Positions 1 to 14,455 are shown, counted from the stretch's first letter. The stretch: DNA of 64,000 bases from the human T2T-CHM13v2.0 reference genome, Homo sapiens (GCF_009914755.1 NC_060925.1), one strand, 5' to 3'. Made by a program: numbers and translations. The notes: a model not told the origin generated them from the sequence alone.

Positions 1-165
1 GATTACAGGCATCTGCCACCACACCCGGCTAATTTTTGTACTTTTAGTAGAGACAGGGTTTCGCCTTGTTGGCCAGGCTGGTCTCGAACTCCTGACCTCA
101 GGTGATCTGCCCGCCTTGGCCTCCCAAAGTGCTGGGATTACAGGCATAAGCCACCGCGTCCGGCT
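1..165 (-). mobile_element. AluS (partial, cut by window edge)
   Basis: Antisense Alu left arm: ctcgaactcctgacctcaggtgatc...cccaaagtgctgggattacagg. Confidence 0.9.
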
Positions 166-277
166 TATGCCTGTCTTTCCATTTTTACCTTAGGGATTTG
201 ATAGTTTAGCTAAAGGCACAGTAGTTTAAAAACACAAACATCTGTGTACAGACTTGTTTAGCTCAGTGATTCTCTAA

Positions 278-560
278 TTTTATTTATTTATTTATTTTTT
301 AGAGACAGAATTATGCTCTGTCATCCAGGCTGGAGTGCAGTGGTGTGATCATAGCTCACTATAACATTGAACTCCTGGGTTCAAGTGATCCTCCTGCCTC
401 AGCCTCCCGAGGAGTAGCTGTGACTACAGGCATGCACCCCAACACCCGGGTAATTGTTATGTTGCCCAGGTTTGTCTCGAACTTCTGGCCTCAAGCAATC
501 TTCCTACTTGGGCTTCCCAAAACTCTGGGATTCACAGGTGTAAGCTACCACATCTGGCCA
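278..560 (-). mobile_element. AluJ-like with internal deletion of the central linker
   Basis: (TTTA)n tail, gtgcagtggtgtgatcatagctcact, ttgaactcctggg; A-rich linker missing near 450-460. Confidence 0.8.
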
Positions 561-759
561 TGGTTCTCTAACTTTAATATATTTATGGATTACTGGACAG
601 GGCTCTGTGCCTCAAACTAAATGTGCTAAACTTTATAGACATTTAAAGGGATCATCAAAGGTAATTTTGAATATACGTACATTTCACCTTCCTAGACTGC
701 TTTAAAACCCAATTTCCTCCTAAAACATGACTGGTGCTTAAGAGCACAAACATAGAAGC

Positions 760-900
760 AGACCTGCTTGGGTTAAAAATCCTGACTTGGCCACTCATTG
801 ACTGTATGACCTTGGGAAAGTTACTTAAACTCTCTGTGCCTCAATTTCCTCATTTGTAAAATAGGATAGAAATGTTGTGAGAATTTAATGACTTACTGTA
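760..900 (+). mobile_element. MIR
   Basis: MIR core: tgaccttgggaaagttacttaaactctctgtgcctcaatttcctcatttgtaaaatagg. Confidence 0.75.
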
Positions 901-1595
901 TGTGTGTATATATATATACACACACTTAACTTCCCAAAGTCTCGGTTTCATATATATATATATATATAAACGTTTCATATATAGGCCCCGGCCCAAGGAT
1001 AAACCCTCCATAATTGATAGCTAATGTCATTTTTGTTATTATCCCAGGAGTTTTCCTAGGAACAGACAACCCACATGTACACAATATCTCAAGGCTTCCT
1101 AGCTAGCTTTGGAATTCTGAAGCTGCCTTCCTTCCCTCGTGGCATATTAAACAGCCTGTTGTGCTGCTGAAGGCTTGTTATCTCTCCAAATGACATTCTC
1201 TCTTCTTGGGATCATAAATAATTCCTGCACTCAAAGGAACTGGTTTCTCTTGCACATCTCCTAGCACCAAATTACTGGAGTTGCTCCTTGCAGAAGGGGA
1301 TCTTGACAAACAGTGGAGTCATAAGTCAGGCTCCTTGAAACACTTTTATGAGCGCCTTAATGAGGGAGATGAGCTGTCATCAGGAACTCATCCCATCCTT
1401 CCTGACCACAGGAAATGAGCTTTTTGTGCTCAAAAGGTTTCCAAAGCTGAGGCGCAAAGAGTTTTCAGGAAGTGGGCCAGGGATGAGAAGTTGTTGACTC
1501 AGAGAATCCCAGGGCTAAACAGCCCCCATCCTGCCATTCACCCTAGAGGGTCAAATGACTCATGGTCTTATTGCAGCAATAGCACCAAAGGGTGG

Positions 1596-1631
1596 TGTGT
1601 GTATGTGTGTGTGTGTGTTTGTGTGTGTGGT
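1596..1631. repeat. imperfect (TG)n microsatellite
   Basis: tgtgtgtatgtgtgtgtgtgtgtttgtgtgtgtg. Confidence 0.9.
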
Positions 1632-1699
1632 GTTAATCCTCCCCACTTCCCCATATGTGCACACTCCAACAGCCAACCTATTACCCCCTGACAAAAAGA

Positions 1700-1920
1700 T
1701 ACTGCAGAATAGAACACTGGTTAAGAGCATTGTCTCTGGAATCAAAGATCCAGATTTGAATCCTGCTTCTACTACTCAACTATCTATGTGATGTTAGGAA
1801 ACTTGCTTAACCTCCCTGCATATCAATTTCCACATCTGTAAAATGGAAATAATAACAGTGTCCATTTTATAGACTCTTGTTAGGATGAAATGAGTTACTA
1901 ACATAAACTGCTTAGAACAC
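1700..1920 (+). mobile_element. MIR
   Basis: ggttaagagcatt...gatttgaatcctgcttctact...cacatctgtaaaatggaaataataa. Confidence 0.7.
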
Positions 1921-3042
1921 CCCATAGTATACACTAGAGATGTATTTGCTAATTAAACAAGAATAAATGTATAAATCCAGTACAAGCAACGTACTTTCTA
2001 TAGAAGACACTGCAGCTTAAGTGAAGTTCCCTAGGCCCTCTCTGATGTGCTGCCTGCCCTCCAACCCCCTTCTGACTGGCATATAAATGTTGCCCAGGAG
2101 TAGGAAGACATGTGCTTGGGAACTTTGGTTTGCACCTGGCTCTGCCACATTCCTTGCTCTGTGAACTTGGACAAGTTATTTTACATCTCTGAGCCATAGT
2201 TTCATTATTTGTGAAATGAGACTAATTTCCTCCCAGAGTTGTTCTGAGCACTCAATCAGATAGTGTCTGGCAAGAGGTGATGAGGGCCTGAACTGGACAG
2301 AGGTCATACCTCATCAAAATCACCTTGTTCTTTTCCTGAGTTGTTTCTGGCAAACATCTTTGCTCTACATTAATGAGAATTACTAACATTTATGGAGCAC
2401 TTAGCCTGGCCTTGTGCTATATACATCGTTTTATTTAATCCTCAAAATAAACCTAAGCCTCTGGGAGATTAAGTAACATGTTCAAGAAGATCACACTGTA
2501 AGTCAGTGGCCAAGCCAGGATCTATGCTGGGACTATCTGATTCCCAAGTCCATGCTATTAACCCACCACGCTACATGCATGCCTCCTACTCCAGCTTGGC
2601 TCATAGGACCCAGGGAATGTGTGTTACATTTCTTTAGCATCCTTCCCCCATCCATATATACACTCTTTCCGGTCACCCACCAGCACTGGGCATAGTAGGT
2701 GCTCCATACACATTTACTGAATGAGTGAAAATAAGTGACTATGACATCCTTTTATAGCGATAAAAGTCCATTTTTTCTCGAGCTGTCCCAGGTGGGAATA
2801 AAAGCAGCTGGTGACTCTCCTCCCCACCCCCTAGTATCCTCTTTCTGATGAATAATAATGTGGGAGGCCTCCCTCCTTTCCCCATGGGAGAGTTAGGCTT
2901 CTTGGTGTCAGAGATCCACAATAGACACAGTGATGACTCATCTTCAGTGTGCATTTGGAGAGATGTTAGGACCCCTGGAGCTTTTTAGGGCTCTGTTAAT
3001 ATACATCAGTAGGGTGATTTCCAAATAATGGCCTTGGATAGA

Positions 3043-3492
3043 TGTATTTGCTGGGGGTGCCCTAACAAAATATCACAAACCGGGTGGCTTAAAACAGCCC
3101 AAGTTTAATCTCATACAGTTTAGGAGGCTGTAAGTCTGAAATCAAAGTGTCATCAGGGTTGGTTCCTTCTTGGGGCATTAGGGGGAAAATCTGTTCCATG
3201 CCTCTCTCCCAGTTTCTAGTGGCTGCCAGCAATCCTTGGCATCACTTGGTTTGTGGATGTGTCACTCCAATCTCTGCCTCTGTTGCCACATGGCGTTCTC
3301 TCTGTGTATCTGTATCCAAATTTACCTCTTCTTATAAGGACACCAGTCATGGGATTAGGGCCCACACCAATCCAGTATGATTTTGTCTTAACTTGATTAC
3401 ATTTGCAAAGACCCTATTTCTGGATAGGTCACATTCACAGGGACTGGGGGCTAGGACTTGAACATATCCTTTTGGGGGACACAACCCACAAT
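3043..3492 (-). mobile_element. MaLR solo LTR (MLT1C-like)
   Basis: Antisense MLT1 motifs: ggtggcttaaaaca, ggattagggcccacac, tttgcaaagaccctatttc, ggtcacattcacagg. Confidence 0.8.
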
Positions 3493-4954
3493 AATATGTT
3501 TGGGGTAGAGTGGAGAGGAGATGGAAAATGAAGGGAGGGAATGAAGAGAAAGGGGAGGTTGTTCATGAGGGGCGGATCACACGGACAGAATGAAGTGTGA
3601 CCAAGGGTCCCTCAAGAATGGGCCAAACTTTCTCTTCTAGGCCAATTCCATTCTTTCCCAAAGAAGTGTCTAGCTCACAGACTTACAATACCAGTGCTGG
3701 AAGGGACGCTGGGGAGTCATTCATTCACTCGACAAACATTTATCAAATATTCTTTGAGGAGCTGGGCAGAGAGAAAAGATGAGGTCTGAAGAAACTGTGG
3801 CCCAGAGGGTGGATGTGGGTTGTCTAAGATCACACATCAAGTTAGAATACAGCCAGGAACAGAACAAGGTATGTCAAACAAGGTATGTCAAAGTCCAGAC
3901 CTGAGCCCTTTTGATGACTACTAGGAAGGTTATCAATCCCCCTGGACCTGAACCTTTGGTGCATAGACAGATCTAAGTTTTTGAAAAACGTTTGTGTTCT
4001 GAGGCGCATTACCAACTTCCCTGAGCTTCCATAGGTTGGTCCAGTATTTGAGGGTCTTTGAAGCCTTGGGCAAAGTTAGAAACATGCCCTCTCTAAAAGT
4101 GCAATCCTGTAGCCATTCTTCTCCTTGCTCTAATTAATTGCCTAATCTTTGAAACATCATCTCTGGGTGCAACAGCAAAATTGGGCGTAATGGAACTCCC
4201 TGGGGCAGAGACAACATCTTGTTCATCTTTTTTTGTCCCCACTGCTAATACAGAAACCATGGTGGAATCAGCCCTCAATAACCATTTGTTCAATGAATGA
4301 AAGAACATTGCTCCAGTTAGTACCAAGGGCTATTTATATCTTACTGTTTCTATATCCCATGCTCAGTGGCAGTGCTGAGTTGGTTTAAGATATCTGAATT
4401 CCACTCTCAAAGTCACAGCTGTTTTGACGGGAATTTCCATTTACCACTACATCATTAGAAGAGATGGTATTTTGATTCCAATATTGGCTGATACAAATAT
4501 TGTCCTGCCTCGAGCTGTCATGATGTGAGATATCAGTCTGGAGCAGTGAGCCTGAAAACTGGGGCAGGCCAGGGTCAGAGATGGGGTCAACCCAGCAGGA
4601 GTTGTCAGATCAGAGCAGGGGTGAGAAGGAGGTCAGACTGGTGATCAAAGTCCAGGAACTAGGGCAGGTACAGTCAGTCCTGACTCTCCCAAGGATGGGG
4701 GCCTGCTAGCCGCTGCACAGCTCCTTGGGAAAGCAGCTCATAAGCAGGTCCTCTTAGCAGGCTTTCTGTTTGAAGGTCCCCAGAGGGTTCTTTGTAATTG
4801 ATCTGGGTTTGAAGTTCCCCCTCACAAGGGGGATATAATCAGTCAACATTATTCCGCAGACCTTATGTTCACATAATCAGATAAACTTTGAAAACCTGGA
4901 AATAACCTTGTTTATTCTCGCCATATGGCTCCAGGCTTACTGCTAGTTTTTAGA

Positions 4955-5090
4955 CGCACAGTTTTAGGTCTGATTCTGGCTGTGCATCAGAATCACCTGT
5001 GAAATATGTTAAAATACGGATTTTCAGGTTCCACCCCCAGAGATTCTGATTCCCTAAATCTGGGACGAGCTGCTCACATCTTGAGAGGCA
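4955..5090. mobile_element. MER5A-like hAT-Charlie DNA transposon fragment
   Basis: gcatcagaatcacctg...ccacccccagagattctgattc. Confidence 0.7.
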
Positions 5091-5469
5091 GTGATACAGT
5101 GGCTGAGTGTGGACACTCAGGCCTGGCTGCTTAGGTTTTTGATGTTTTTCTCACTAGCCCAGTGAACTTGAGTGAATTTCTTAATGTTTCAGTGCCTCAG
5201 TATCTTATCTATAAAAGGGAATAATAATATTCAGCTCATTGGTTTGATGTGAAGATTGATGATTTAATACCTGCAAAGTTTTGAAATACTAAGTGCTCAA
5301 TAAATAATGCTTACTATTGTTATCTTTCTTTTTTACCAGGCTCTACAAGTGACTTAGCAGCATAGTCCTTCCTTCACTCATTCACTCACTTGTTCATTTG
5401 TTCTAGAACCAAATATTGAGTACTCCTACCTGCCAGGACCCAGGCTAGATACACATAATTCTGCCCAGT

Positions 5470-5773
5470 TTTTGGTTTTATTTTAGTTTTGGAGATAAAG
5501 TCTTGCTCTGTCACCCAGGCTGGAGTGCAGTGGCGCAATCTCAGCTCACTGCAGCCTTGACTTTCCGCGCTTAGGTGATCCTCCCGCCTCAGCCACCTGA
5601 GTAGCTGGGACTACAGGTGCGCACCATCATGTCTGGCTCATGTTTTGTATTTTTAGTAGAGATGGGGTTTCACCATATTGCCCAGACTGGTCTCGAACTC
5701 CTGGGCTTAAACCACCTGCCTGTCTCAGCCTCCCAAAGTGCTGGGATTACTGGGTGAGCCATCACGTCCAGCC
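5470..5773 (-). mobile_element. AluJ-like
   Basis: Full antisense Alu with J-type cagccttgac and ctcgaactcctgggct. Confidence 0.85.
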
Positions 5774-7925
5774 TCTCCCCAGTTTATGGCCTACCTGGGA
5801 AGCTAGTATTGGGAAGCACTGTTTTACTCATTGCCTTTAGCTCTCCAAACCCTTATTGGATTCTGAGGCTCTGGACTTCACTTCTGGTGTCCCTTAGGCA
5901 CAATGACCTTCATTTTATAACCTTGAAATAGAGCAAAATGGAAAAAACATAGGAATCTATTGGACTTGGTATTGCATTTTCTAGTTACGTGGCACTGGAC
6001 AAATCACATGCAAAAGACCTTCTGTCTCCTGCCTTCCCTGAATCCCTGTTCTAGAAATGGCCTTGCTCCTCTTGTATCTAGAAGGCTGGGAGAACAGTCA
6101 AATATACCTGTGCTTCCACCCCTCATCCCAGGCCACACATGATTGGTCAAAGTGGACACCTGACCCAAACTAAACCAATCATATCCCATCTCCAGGCCCT
6201 TGAAGCGATTCTGCCTGACTCTGGTTGCTCTCTGGAAAGGAGGTGGTATAAATGCAGGAGCGGTTGGCTGTGGACATTTTCCACCATGCATACCAGAAAA
6301 TAGAGCCAGTCAGTCTTCAGTGAGAAAGAAAAGTCAGTGCTTGGGTTTTTCAGGGTACTAAGATTCCAGATTGCTTCCCTAACCCGGGGCCCAGCACCAT
6401 CTCCAGCCTTGGATTCTGTAACTCATCCATTGCCCTTATAGCAGTTCCTCTTTGTGCTTAAGTCTGATGTAGGGGACATAACTTGTTTTTACCTTATGCT
6501 TGGAAGTCAGGCTTTATCCCCAACAGCTGGTCCTCCCGTGCTTAAGATGTCTGTTTCCCAAGGGTTGCTCAAGGGAGAAATAAATTCAGGGATCCTGGTC
6601 TGGAGTCTTAAAACCAAAAAGCCCTAGCCCGGCTCTGGAGTCTCTGTTGCTACTTTAATAAGCTTTTGGGTCAGGGATCTTTAAGCAGAGAGAGGAGGAA
6701 AGGGCCTGCCTGAGGTCTTGAATACTAGTTGGGTGCCTGGCCAGGCTTTCATGGAAGGGATTCTTATTTCTAACATTCCCCGGCCAAAGAAGAGTCTTCT
6801 GGAGAGCCGTAGTCTCTTCTGCTGCCTGTCATGCCCAGGGCCTCTTCTGTTTCTTCATACTCACAATTCCTCAGACACTGATACTCTTTCCAGATCGAGC
6901 TGGATTTCCCATACACACCTGGAATTGGTGCTTAGGATGTATCTATCTCTCTTGTAGTTGGGGGCTAAGATGGGGAGCAGGAAGGTGAAGTACAGCTGTT
7001 TCCATCCTACTATTACATAAGCTTCTGGTGTTTTCCTTATTTTAGGCCTGCCTCTCCTAGCATGTCATGGAGCTGATTTATGTTATCTCCTCCAGCACCT
7101 CTTTTGATTAGTTACGTATCAGTTCCTCCGTTTTCCAGACAAGGCTGACATTTAGCTGGTTTGCACCAGTACAGCCTCAAGTGCTTGTTAGTAGCAAAAT
7201 ATTTTTCTATTGATTGCTGCTCCAAGCCCCCTAAGTGCCCAACTCCAACCTTCCTCGACACTCCCAGTTCCTCCCCTAGGATCCCTCAGACCTCTGCAGC
7301 TTCCAGCAACTAAAGGGTTAATAACTGGCACAGCAGGGACCACCAGGATCTCTACAACTTTGTTTTGGACACTTGGCATGCTTTCTGATTCATTCCTGTC
7401 CTGCCTTATTTGTCAGATATTTTAAATATCCTTGTTTACAGATAAGGTTTAGAGAAGTTAACTTCATTCATTCATTCACATGGTCATTCATTCATTCAGC
7501 ACATTGTTATTGAGTGACAGCTTTCTGCCAGCCCTGAGCTAAGTGCTGAGGATACAATGCTGAACCAAACTGACATGGAAGAGTCCAGCTTGGTGCAGAG
7601 ACAGATGAAAAATTAGGAGCTAAGCAGATAAACATGTACTAACAAACTGACTCGTGCTCCAAAGAGAAAGCATGGACAGAATCATGTAGAGACTCGCTTT
7701 TAGATGAGAGGCCTCTGAAGTACTTTAGAAATTAACCAGACAAACAAAGGGCAGAGCTGTTCAGGCACAGAGGGCACAGCAGACATGAAGAATATGGTGT
7801 TAGGTGAACTTGCCCAAGATTACCTGGCAGAAAAGGGATAGGGCTTGGTTCTGGGTCCTGGTCTGACTGGCTCTGAAGTCTCTGTTCTTTCTGTCCTCCT
7901 GGATTTTTTTGCCTCTGCTCATTCA

Positions 7926-8312
<387 letters not shown>

Positions 8313-9046
8313 ACTACCCTTGTAATATATAGCACAGCCGTGTCTCAGCCAGAGGCCTCCTGCTACCTCAGCAAGTACATATTTCACCTAATTGAGCCAT
8401 CCAATCTCCAGAGGTACAAAAGAATATTAGAAAAGTTACACAAGGACAGCTGTCTACAAAGCTAAACGCTGGTGGGGGTGGGAGAAGGAGCTTTCACTCC
8501 CCCACATAGAACCTGCTCTGGCACCAGTTCTGCCCACAGCTCCTCTGAAGGCAGTTTTATGCATGATCCTGATCCACCTTCTCCACCCCTGGGCAGAGTT
8601 GAGTAGCCCAAGTGTGGGTACCTGGCCCCAGGGCAGACAATCTACAGGCAAGGAAGAAGCAAGAACAGATGAGCTGCCCTCACAAATTTGAACCAAAGGA
8701 AGACTGCTTGCAAAGCAGAAAGTGAGGACGTGGAGCAGGAGGGAGGGGAGAAGCCAGCGGAGGCACCAAGGAAACATGGCCCGACTTTGGGCAGACACTG
8801 CTGATTGCCTCCCAGTATCCATTATCCTCAGTGCTGACAAGTGTTTAACAATGGGCCCTTGGTGTGTGGAGGGTGTGGCAGGGGCAGAGTCCAAATCTGT
8901 AGTGTTTGCCAATTTCTGTGGTGTAAGTACTCCTATCAAGGTTGATTTCAAGTCATGACAATGAACGCAGAAATGGGGGAAAATGCATGCCATTGCCTTT
9001 CATGAGCCTATGTCAGCCAGCTTCAGGACAGAAGATACCATTGAAT

Positions 9047-9252
9047 TTCCTCCTCCTCCTTCTCCTCTTCCTCCTCCTTCTCCTCCTCCTTCTTTTCTTT
9101 CTTTCCTCCCCTTCTTCCTCCTCCTCCCCTTCTTCCTCTTTCTCCTCCTTCTTCCTTCTCCTTCCTCCTCCCTCTTCCTTTTTTCTCCTTTTTCTTCCTC
9201 CTCCGTTCTCCTCCGATCTTTCTCCTTCTTCTTCCTTCTTTCTTCTTTTTCT
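9047..9252. repeat. (CCT/CTT)n polypyrimidine low-complexity tract
   Basis: ~200 bp almost purely C/T on the + strand. Confidence 0.95.
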
Positions 9253-9631
9253 AATGGGAAGCCTTCTTCCAGTTTCATCAGGGGATGTGGCCACCTGGCT
9301 ACCTGGCTAGAAACTATATTTCCCAGCCTGCTTATATTATATATGGCCATGTAAGTATGATTTGGGGAATGAGCTGTGAGCAGAAGTGATATGGGCAACT
9401 TCTCTGTCACATCCTTCAAAGGATCACTGGGGGCCCTATTTACTTCCTTTCCCCCTTCCTGAGGGTGAAATGCAGACATGGCTTAAGAGAGGACAGACCC
9501 AGAGTGGACAGCAGGAGCAGTAAGTTAGAGATAACCTGGGTTTTTGGGCAACCTCATGGGGCAGAGCTTCCTAACAACCTCTGTACCATTTCATGAGAGA
9601 GAGGTAATTGTGTGCCTTACTAAGACTTGTA

Positions 9632-9711
9632 TCAGATTGGTGCAAAAGTAATTGTGAGTTTTGCCATTGCAAGTAATGACAAAAACTGCGATGACTTTTG
9701 CACCAACCTAA
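9632..9711. mobile_element. MADE1 MITE (Hsmar1-derived, 80 bp palindrome)
   Basis: TA|tcagattggtgcaaaagtaattg...cttttgcaccaacctaa|TA; 80 bp, long inverted repeats, TA target duplication. Confidence 0.92.
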
Positions 9712-12482
9712 TATTTTGGAGCCTCTTTATTGTCGCAGCTTACCCTGAACACCAACTAGTACTTAGCCCTAGAGCTACCTGGGGTTTCATGCATTTTATG
9801 GATATCTTCACCACAAACCCCACCTCCTCTTTTAAAGTGTCCCAAATGATTCTGTTTATATTATATCCAAGGGTTATTAGTCAGCATTTGCTAATCTGTG
9901 CTACAGAAACCACCCCTAAATCTCAAAGACTGACAACCACAAAGATTTTCTTCCCACTTATGTTAATAACAGCTGCAGGTTATTTAAGCTTCTGCTGTAT
10001 GCGTCCTCACATTCTAGGTCTTAGACTGAAGGAGCAGCTCCTATGTCAGTCTGAAGACAGCAGGAAAAATGCAATAATTGAATCTTGCAATGGCTTTTAA
10101 AGCTTCTTTGGGGCCAGTGAATTATACAGCCCCCATAGAGAGACACTACACGGTAGGCAGGGATGGGTAATCCCTTTTCTGAAAGTCCAACGAATAATTG
10201 GGAATAATAATACTATTTACCACAACAGTCTAAAATGAAAGTCAGACATCATATGTTAGGGCAGGTGCTTTTATTATTGCCATTTTACAGATGAGGAAAC
10301 TGAGGCTTAGAGAAGATAAGGGCCCCACAGTTATATAGTTTTATACTTGCTTTTAGAACAGGATGTTTCTGAGAGGTTCACCTCAGTTTTCTGCAATGGA
10401 TCCAATTGTTATTAAAAAAAAAAAAAAGACCCTTGTAGAGAGTCTAGAATACCCTCTGCCTTCTAAAGTTCATGTTTGGAAGCCAAACTCAGGGGTCTGT
10501 AAAGAGCTTAATTCAGCTCAGCATGTAGAAAGAGAGGAAAAGGCCACAGAATATGAAGTTAGGGTGCTTGGGGGCTGGTTCAGGGGCTCTGCCACTATAT
10601 CCCTGTTCAAACTCAGAAAGTTGTTTAACCTCTCTGATCTCAGTGTTTATACATGGAAGGGCTCAGAGCATGCAATTAATAAGGTCTTTCCTGGCTCTAA
10701 GATGCTAGTATCTAATTTCACCATTCCAAGTGAATTCTTTATTTAAAAACTACCTTGAAAGATAATCTTGATAAACTGCCAATTTCTGGTCATCTGCTCA
10801 TTCATTTTAGCTGTTCTATCAAAAGTTGATAGCGTGCAGTCTGTGCCAGGCTCTGCTTTAGGAACTGGGGGTAGAGGAATGAGTCAGACCTGGTCTTTTG
10901 CTTCCAGGAATTCATAATCTGTTGGAGGAGAGAGACGAGGATATGGATAATGGTAAGCCTGAGATACATATCTTAATTACAAAACAGAGTGATCAGAACT
11001 ATAAAGAAGATGTAGAAGATGCTGTATCAGACTAGGAGGAAGTGGCTTTCTCGGGCTGGATGTGATGCTAACCAGTGAGGGAAGACACAGGGAGAACAGC
11101 AGGTAGAGGGATGAAGATGATGAGTTCAGGCTGGGAACTGGGGAACATAAGGGAGGAGGTGCCTGGCAGGCCAGTGGATAGCTGAGGCTGAGGCTGGAAG
11201 AAGGTGTAGGTTCAGGATGTGGATTGGGAGTCATTTGCAAATAGATGGTCACTGAAGTCACAATAGCACAGGAGATTGTGATTTTCCTTCCGTACATTAT
11301 CCCCAGATGTTGGGCCAAGAACAGGGCCCTGAACTCCCAGCGGCCTGACCTCACAAGGTGGCCACACACACCAGCATTTCCCAGGGAGGGCCCTGAAAGG
11401 GATTGACCTAAGCTGGGTGCAACAGTGTACAAGTTGGCCCTGAAGGAACAAATGTGCAGCACCAATTCTGTTTTATGACCTTGTCTGATGCTGGAACACG
11501 TAGAGAGGACACCAGGTCATCCTCGGTGCAACAGGGACATAAATCAGGCAGCGTCCTGCTTCCTGTGGCCCCAGCCAAGGAGGACAGGACCTGCCCAGCC
11601 CTAACTGGGATCAATTACAGGCCATTCCTCGGCCAACCCGAGCTTACTTCCACAGAGCTATGCAGGCCTGGCCCCAGGAGGCCCTGTGAAGAAGCAGCTC
11701 TTAGACTGTGTCTGTGACAAGATACAGAGCTCTAACTTGGGCAGGGCAAAGGAGACAGAGCTATTTGCCTAAGTGAAAAGGGTAAAAATGATAATGAAAC
11801 AACGATGTCTGCTTTCATTGATGTGATGGGTCAGGTACAAGCCAAACACTTTACATTAATTTCATTTTAAACTCAGTAACCTTCTGAAGTGGGTTTTATT
11901 GCTGAACTCATTTTACAGATGAATAAATAGGCTCAGTGAGGTGGAGTGCTTTGCCCAAAGCTACCCACTTAGGAAGTGTTGGAGCCCCAAATTCAAACCC
12001 GTGTCTGTCTGTCTCCAGAGGCTGAGTTTAAAAAATGACAAAGAGACAGCAGGCCTAGGCAACCTGTTTTTTGGAGTCAAATAGGTTTGGATTCAAATCC
12101 TGGCTTTGCCATTTTCTAACTTTGTGATCTGAAGCAAGTCAATGTCCTTCTGAAGCCTCAGTTTTTTTCATCTGTGAAGTAGGGAGAGCAGAACCTAGCT
12201 GGCAACATTGTTATAAAGATTAAGAATAATGTATATAAGATGTATATGAATGCTTGATAAATGGTAATGTTACTATCGCCATCACCATCCTTATTCTTGC
12301 CTGTCATCTTTCCTCACCATGTTCAAGTAGATGGCAGAGTGCATGCAAAGCCTGCAAGCATGAAAGAGGCAGCATTTTTGGAGAGCTGAATCCAGCCTTA
12401 CTTGATTATGAGAAAGAGGGGTGCACTTTCTTTTACTACCAGGGAAAGGTGGTATATTTTAGGGATAATTGTGGATCCTATC

Positions 12483-12837
12483 TGATATGGTTTGGCTGTG
12501 TCCCCACCCAAATCTCACCTTGAATTTTAATAATCCCCATGTGTCAAAGGCAGGGTCAGGTGGAGATAATTGAATCATGGGGGTGGTTCCCCCATACTGT
12601 TCTCGTGACAGTGAATAAGTTTCACAAGACCTGATGGCTTTATAAATGAGAGTTCCCCTGCACATGCTGTCTTGCCTGCTGCCATGTAAGACCTGACTTT
12701 GCTCCCCATTCACCTTTCACCATGACTGTGAGGCCTCCCCAGCCACGTGGAACTGTGAGTCAATTAAACTGCTTTCCTTTATAAATTACCCAGTCTCGGG
12801 TATGTCTTTATTAGCATCATGAGAACAGTCTAATACA
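12483..12837 (+). mobile_element. THE1 solo LTR (THE1B-like MaLR)
   Basis: TGATATGGTTTGGCTGTGTCCCCACCCAAATCTC...CTAATACA termini, exact 5-bp TSD ctatc. Confidence 0.93.
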
Positions 12838-12948
12838 CTATCTATGACTGGATCCAAGGTGGCTATGGGTCCTCCGCAGGCTGGATGCACGGGTCATCAC
12901 GGCGCACATCACATCCTGCTTCTGTCCTTCCTGCTGGACCCTGCAGGA

Positions 12949-12992
12949 AGTTTTGGTTTCCCTAGCACTTAGTTTTGGTTTCCCTAGCACTT
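12949..12992. repeat. perfect 22-bp tandem duplication
   Basis: agttttggtttccctagcactt x2. Confidence 0.95.
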
Positions 12993-14455
12993 GGGCATGG
13001 ACATGGTCCATTGTAGCTTCATTAGCTCTCTCTACATTATAAATCTAAGACTCTTCAGTCTTAGATCCTTTTGGTAAGTGGCTCATTATTTGTTTCTTTA
13101 ATTCAGAATCTACAAGAGAGAACCTAATTGGTCTAAGCTCACCATTTTATGCAGCACGAATCTGAATGAAGGAGGCATGCATACCTGAACAAAATCAGGC
13201 TTCTGTGGAGTAAAAAGAAAGTAAGCGGTGGAGGATAGTTGCTGGGAAGGCAATCAACAGTGACCACTACATTACACAAATCATTATTGAATCACAAATT
13301 GTGATAAACACTTGGAAGAGGTACAGGGTGCTAAAAGAGTGGGTAACAGGAGGACCTAAATTATATTGGGTGTCAGGGAGGAGGTTTTATAAGGCCTATA
13401 GATTGCCTTCCTTCCAACCAATACTCTGTTACTTAGAGTATGGGCCAAGCTGCTATAACAAAAATGTCCCCAAAATATAATAGCTTAAATGAGATATGAG
13501 TTTATTTTATAGTCCAGAGAGGAGCAGTCCATGGCTGCAGGGCTAGCTCTGATCCAGGGTGTCTTCTGGGGACCAGGTTGGTGAGTTGATGCTACTACCC
13601 TTAACATGAGCCTCCCACCTCTTGCTCCGCAGCACCAAGAATGCTCACATCCTAGTGACAAGAGCTCAGAGTGCCACGCCCAGCTGCAGGGGAGGATGGG
13701 GAAGGTAGAGTACTACTGGGCATTTGTATTCTCCAGTAAAACTCTGTGGGGGGTGTTGAACAAAAGGAAGGGATGGAGGCTCATTGAGGGCAATCCCAAG
13801 CCTCTGCTATGGGTACCCTGCCCTTGGGGGAGGAGATGAAGAGCTCAAGGGCTTTGGAATAGTTAGATGCAGTAGGGAGGCCCAGTAGGATGTGGACAAA
13901 AGGAGCCCACTGGGCTTGGCATTTAAGAGTTTCTATGGCCTCAAAGGGCAGGAGCCAGTCTGCAGGGTTGAGGATGAGAAGTGAAGATATGGAGCTGGAA
14001 GAATTAGACAATTCTTTTGAGTCATTTGGAAGAGCAGGGAAGGAAAGAGAGACAGAAATAGCCAAATCTAGAACAAAAGAACAAAGGAGGCCTTTTAAAA
14101 ACCATTTGGGAGAACTTTGAGAATGTTTGCAGGCAAAAAGAATTATTTTAGTAGAAGAGAGTTTGAAGATGTGGGAAAGAGAGGAGTCAGTACCCCATTG
14201 AGGCAGTTCTCAGAGCAGGCAGGAAGGAATCAAGCACAAAGATGGAGAGACAGAAACATTTCTTCTGAGATGAGAGGAAGGCAGTGAGGACAGGTGGGGA
14301 AGTGGTTACATTTGTGGATATGGGGTGGGGAGGTGAGTCAAACAATCCCTGCCCTATAGCTCTTTTTTCTGAGTAAACCAGGAGGGAGGGGATTCCTGGC
14401 ACAGAAGGGGCAGAGGGTTTATCAGCAATGAAGGGATCTGGGCAGCCAGGCCTAG

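Noticed and set aside
3863-3892. Short tandem duplications (also ~41475-41515, ~49729-49783) and small hairpins (13043-13066, ~54150-54175)
   Set aside because: Ordinary slippage products or chance-length stems
8942-9479. Four overlapping ORFs of 93-159 aa
   Set aside because: Artefacts of the stop-free (CCT/CTT)n tract; low-complexity translations
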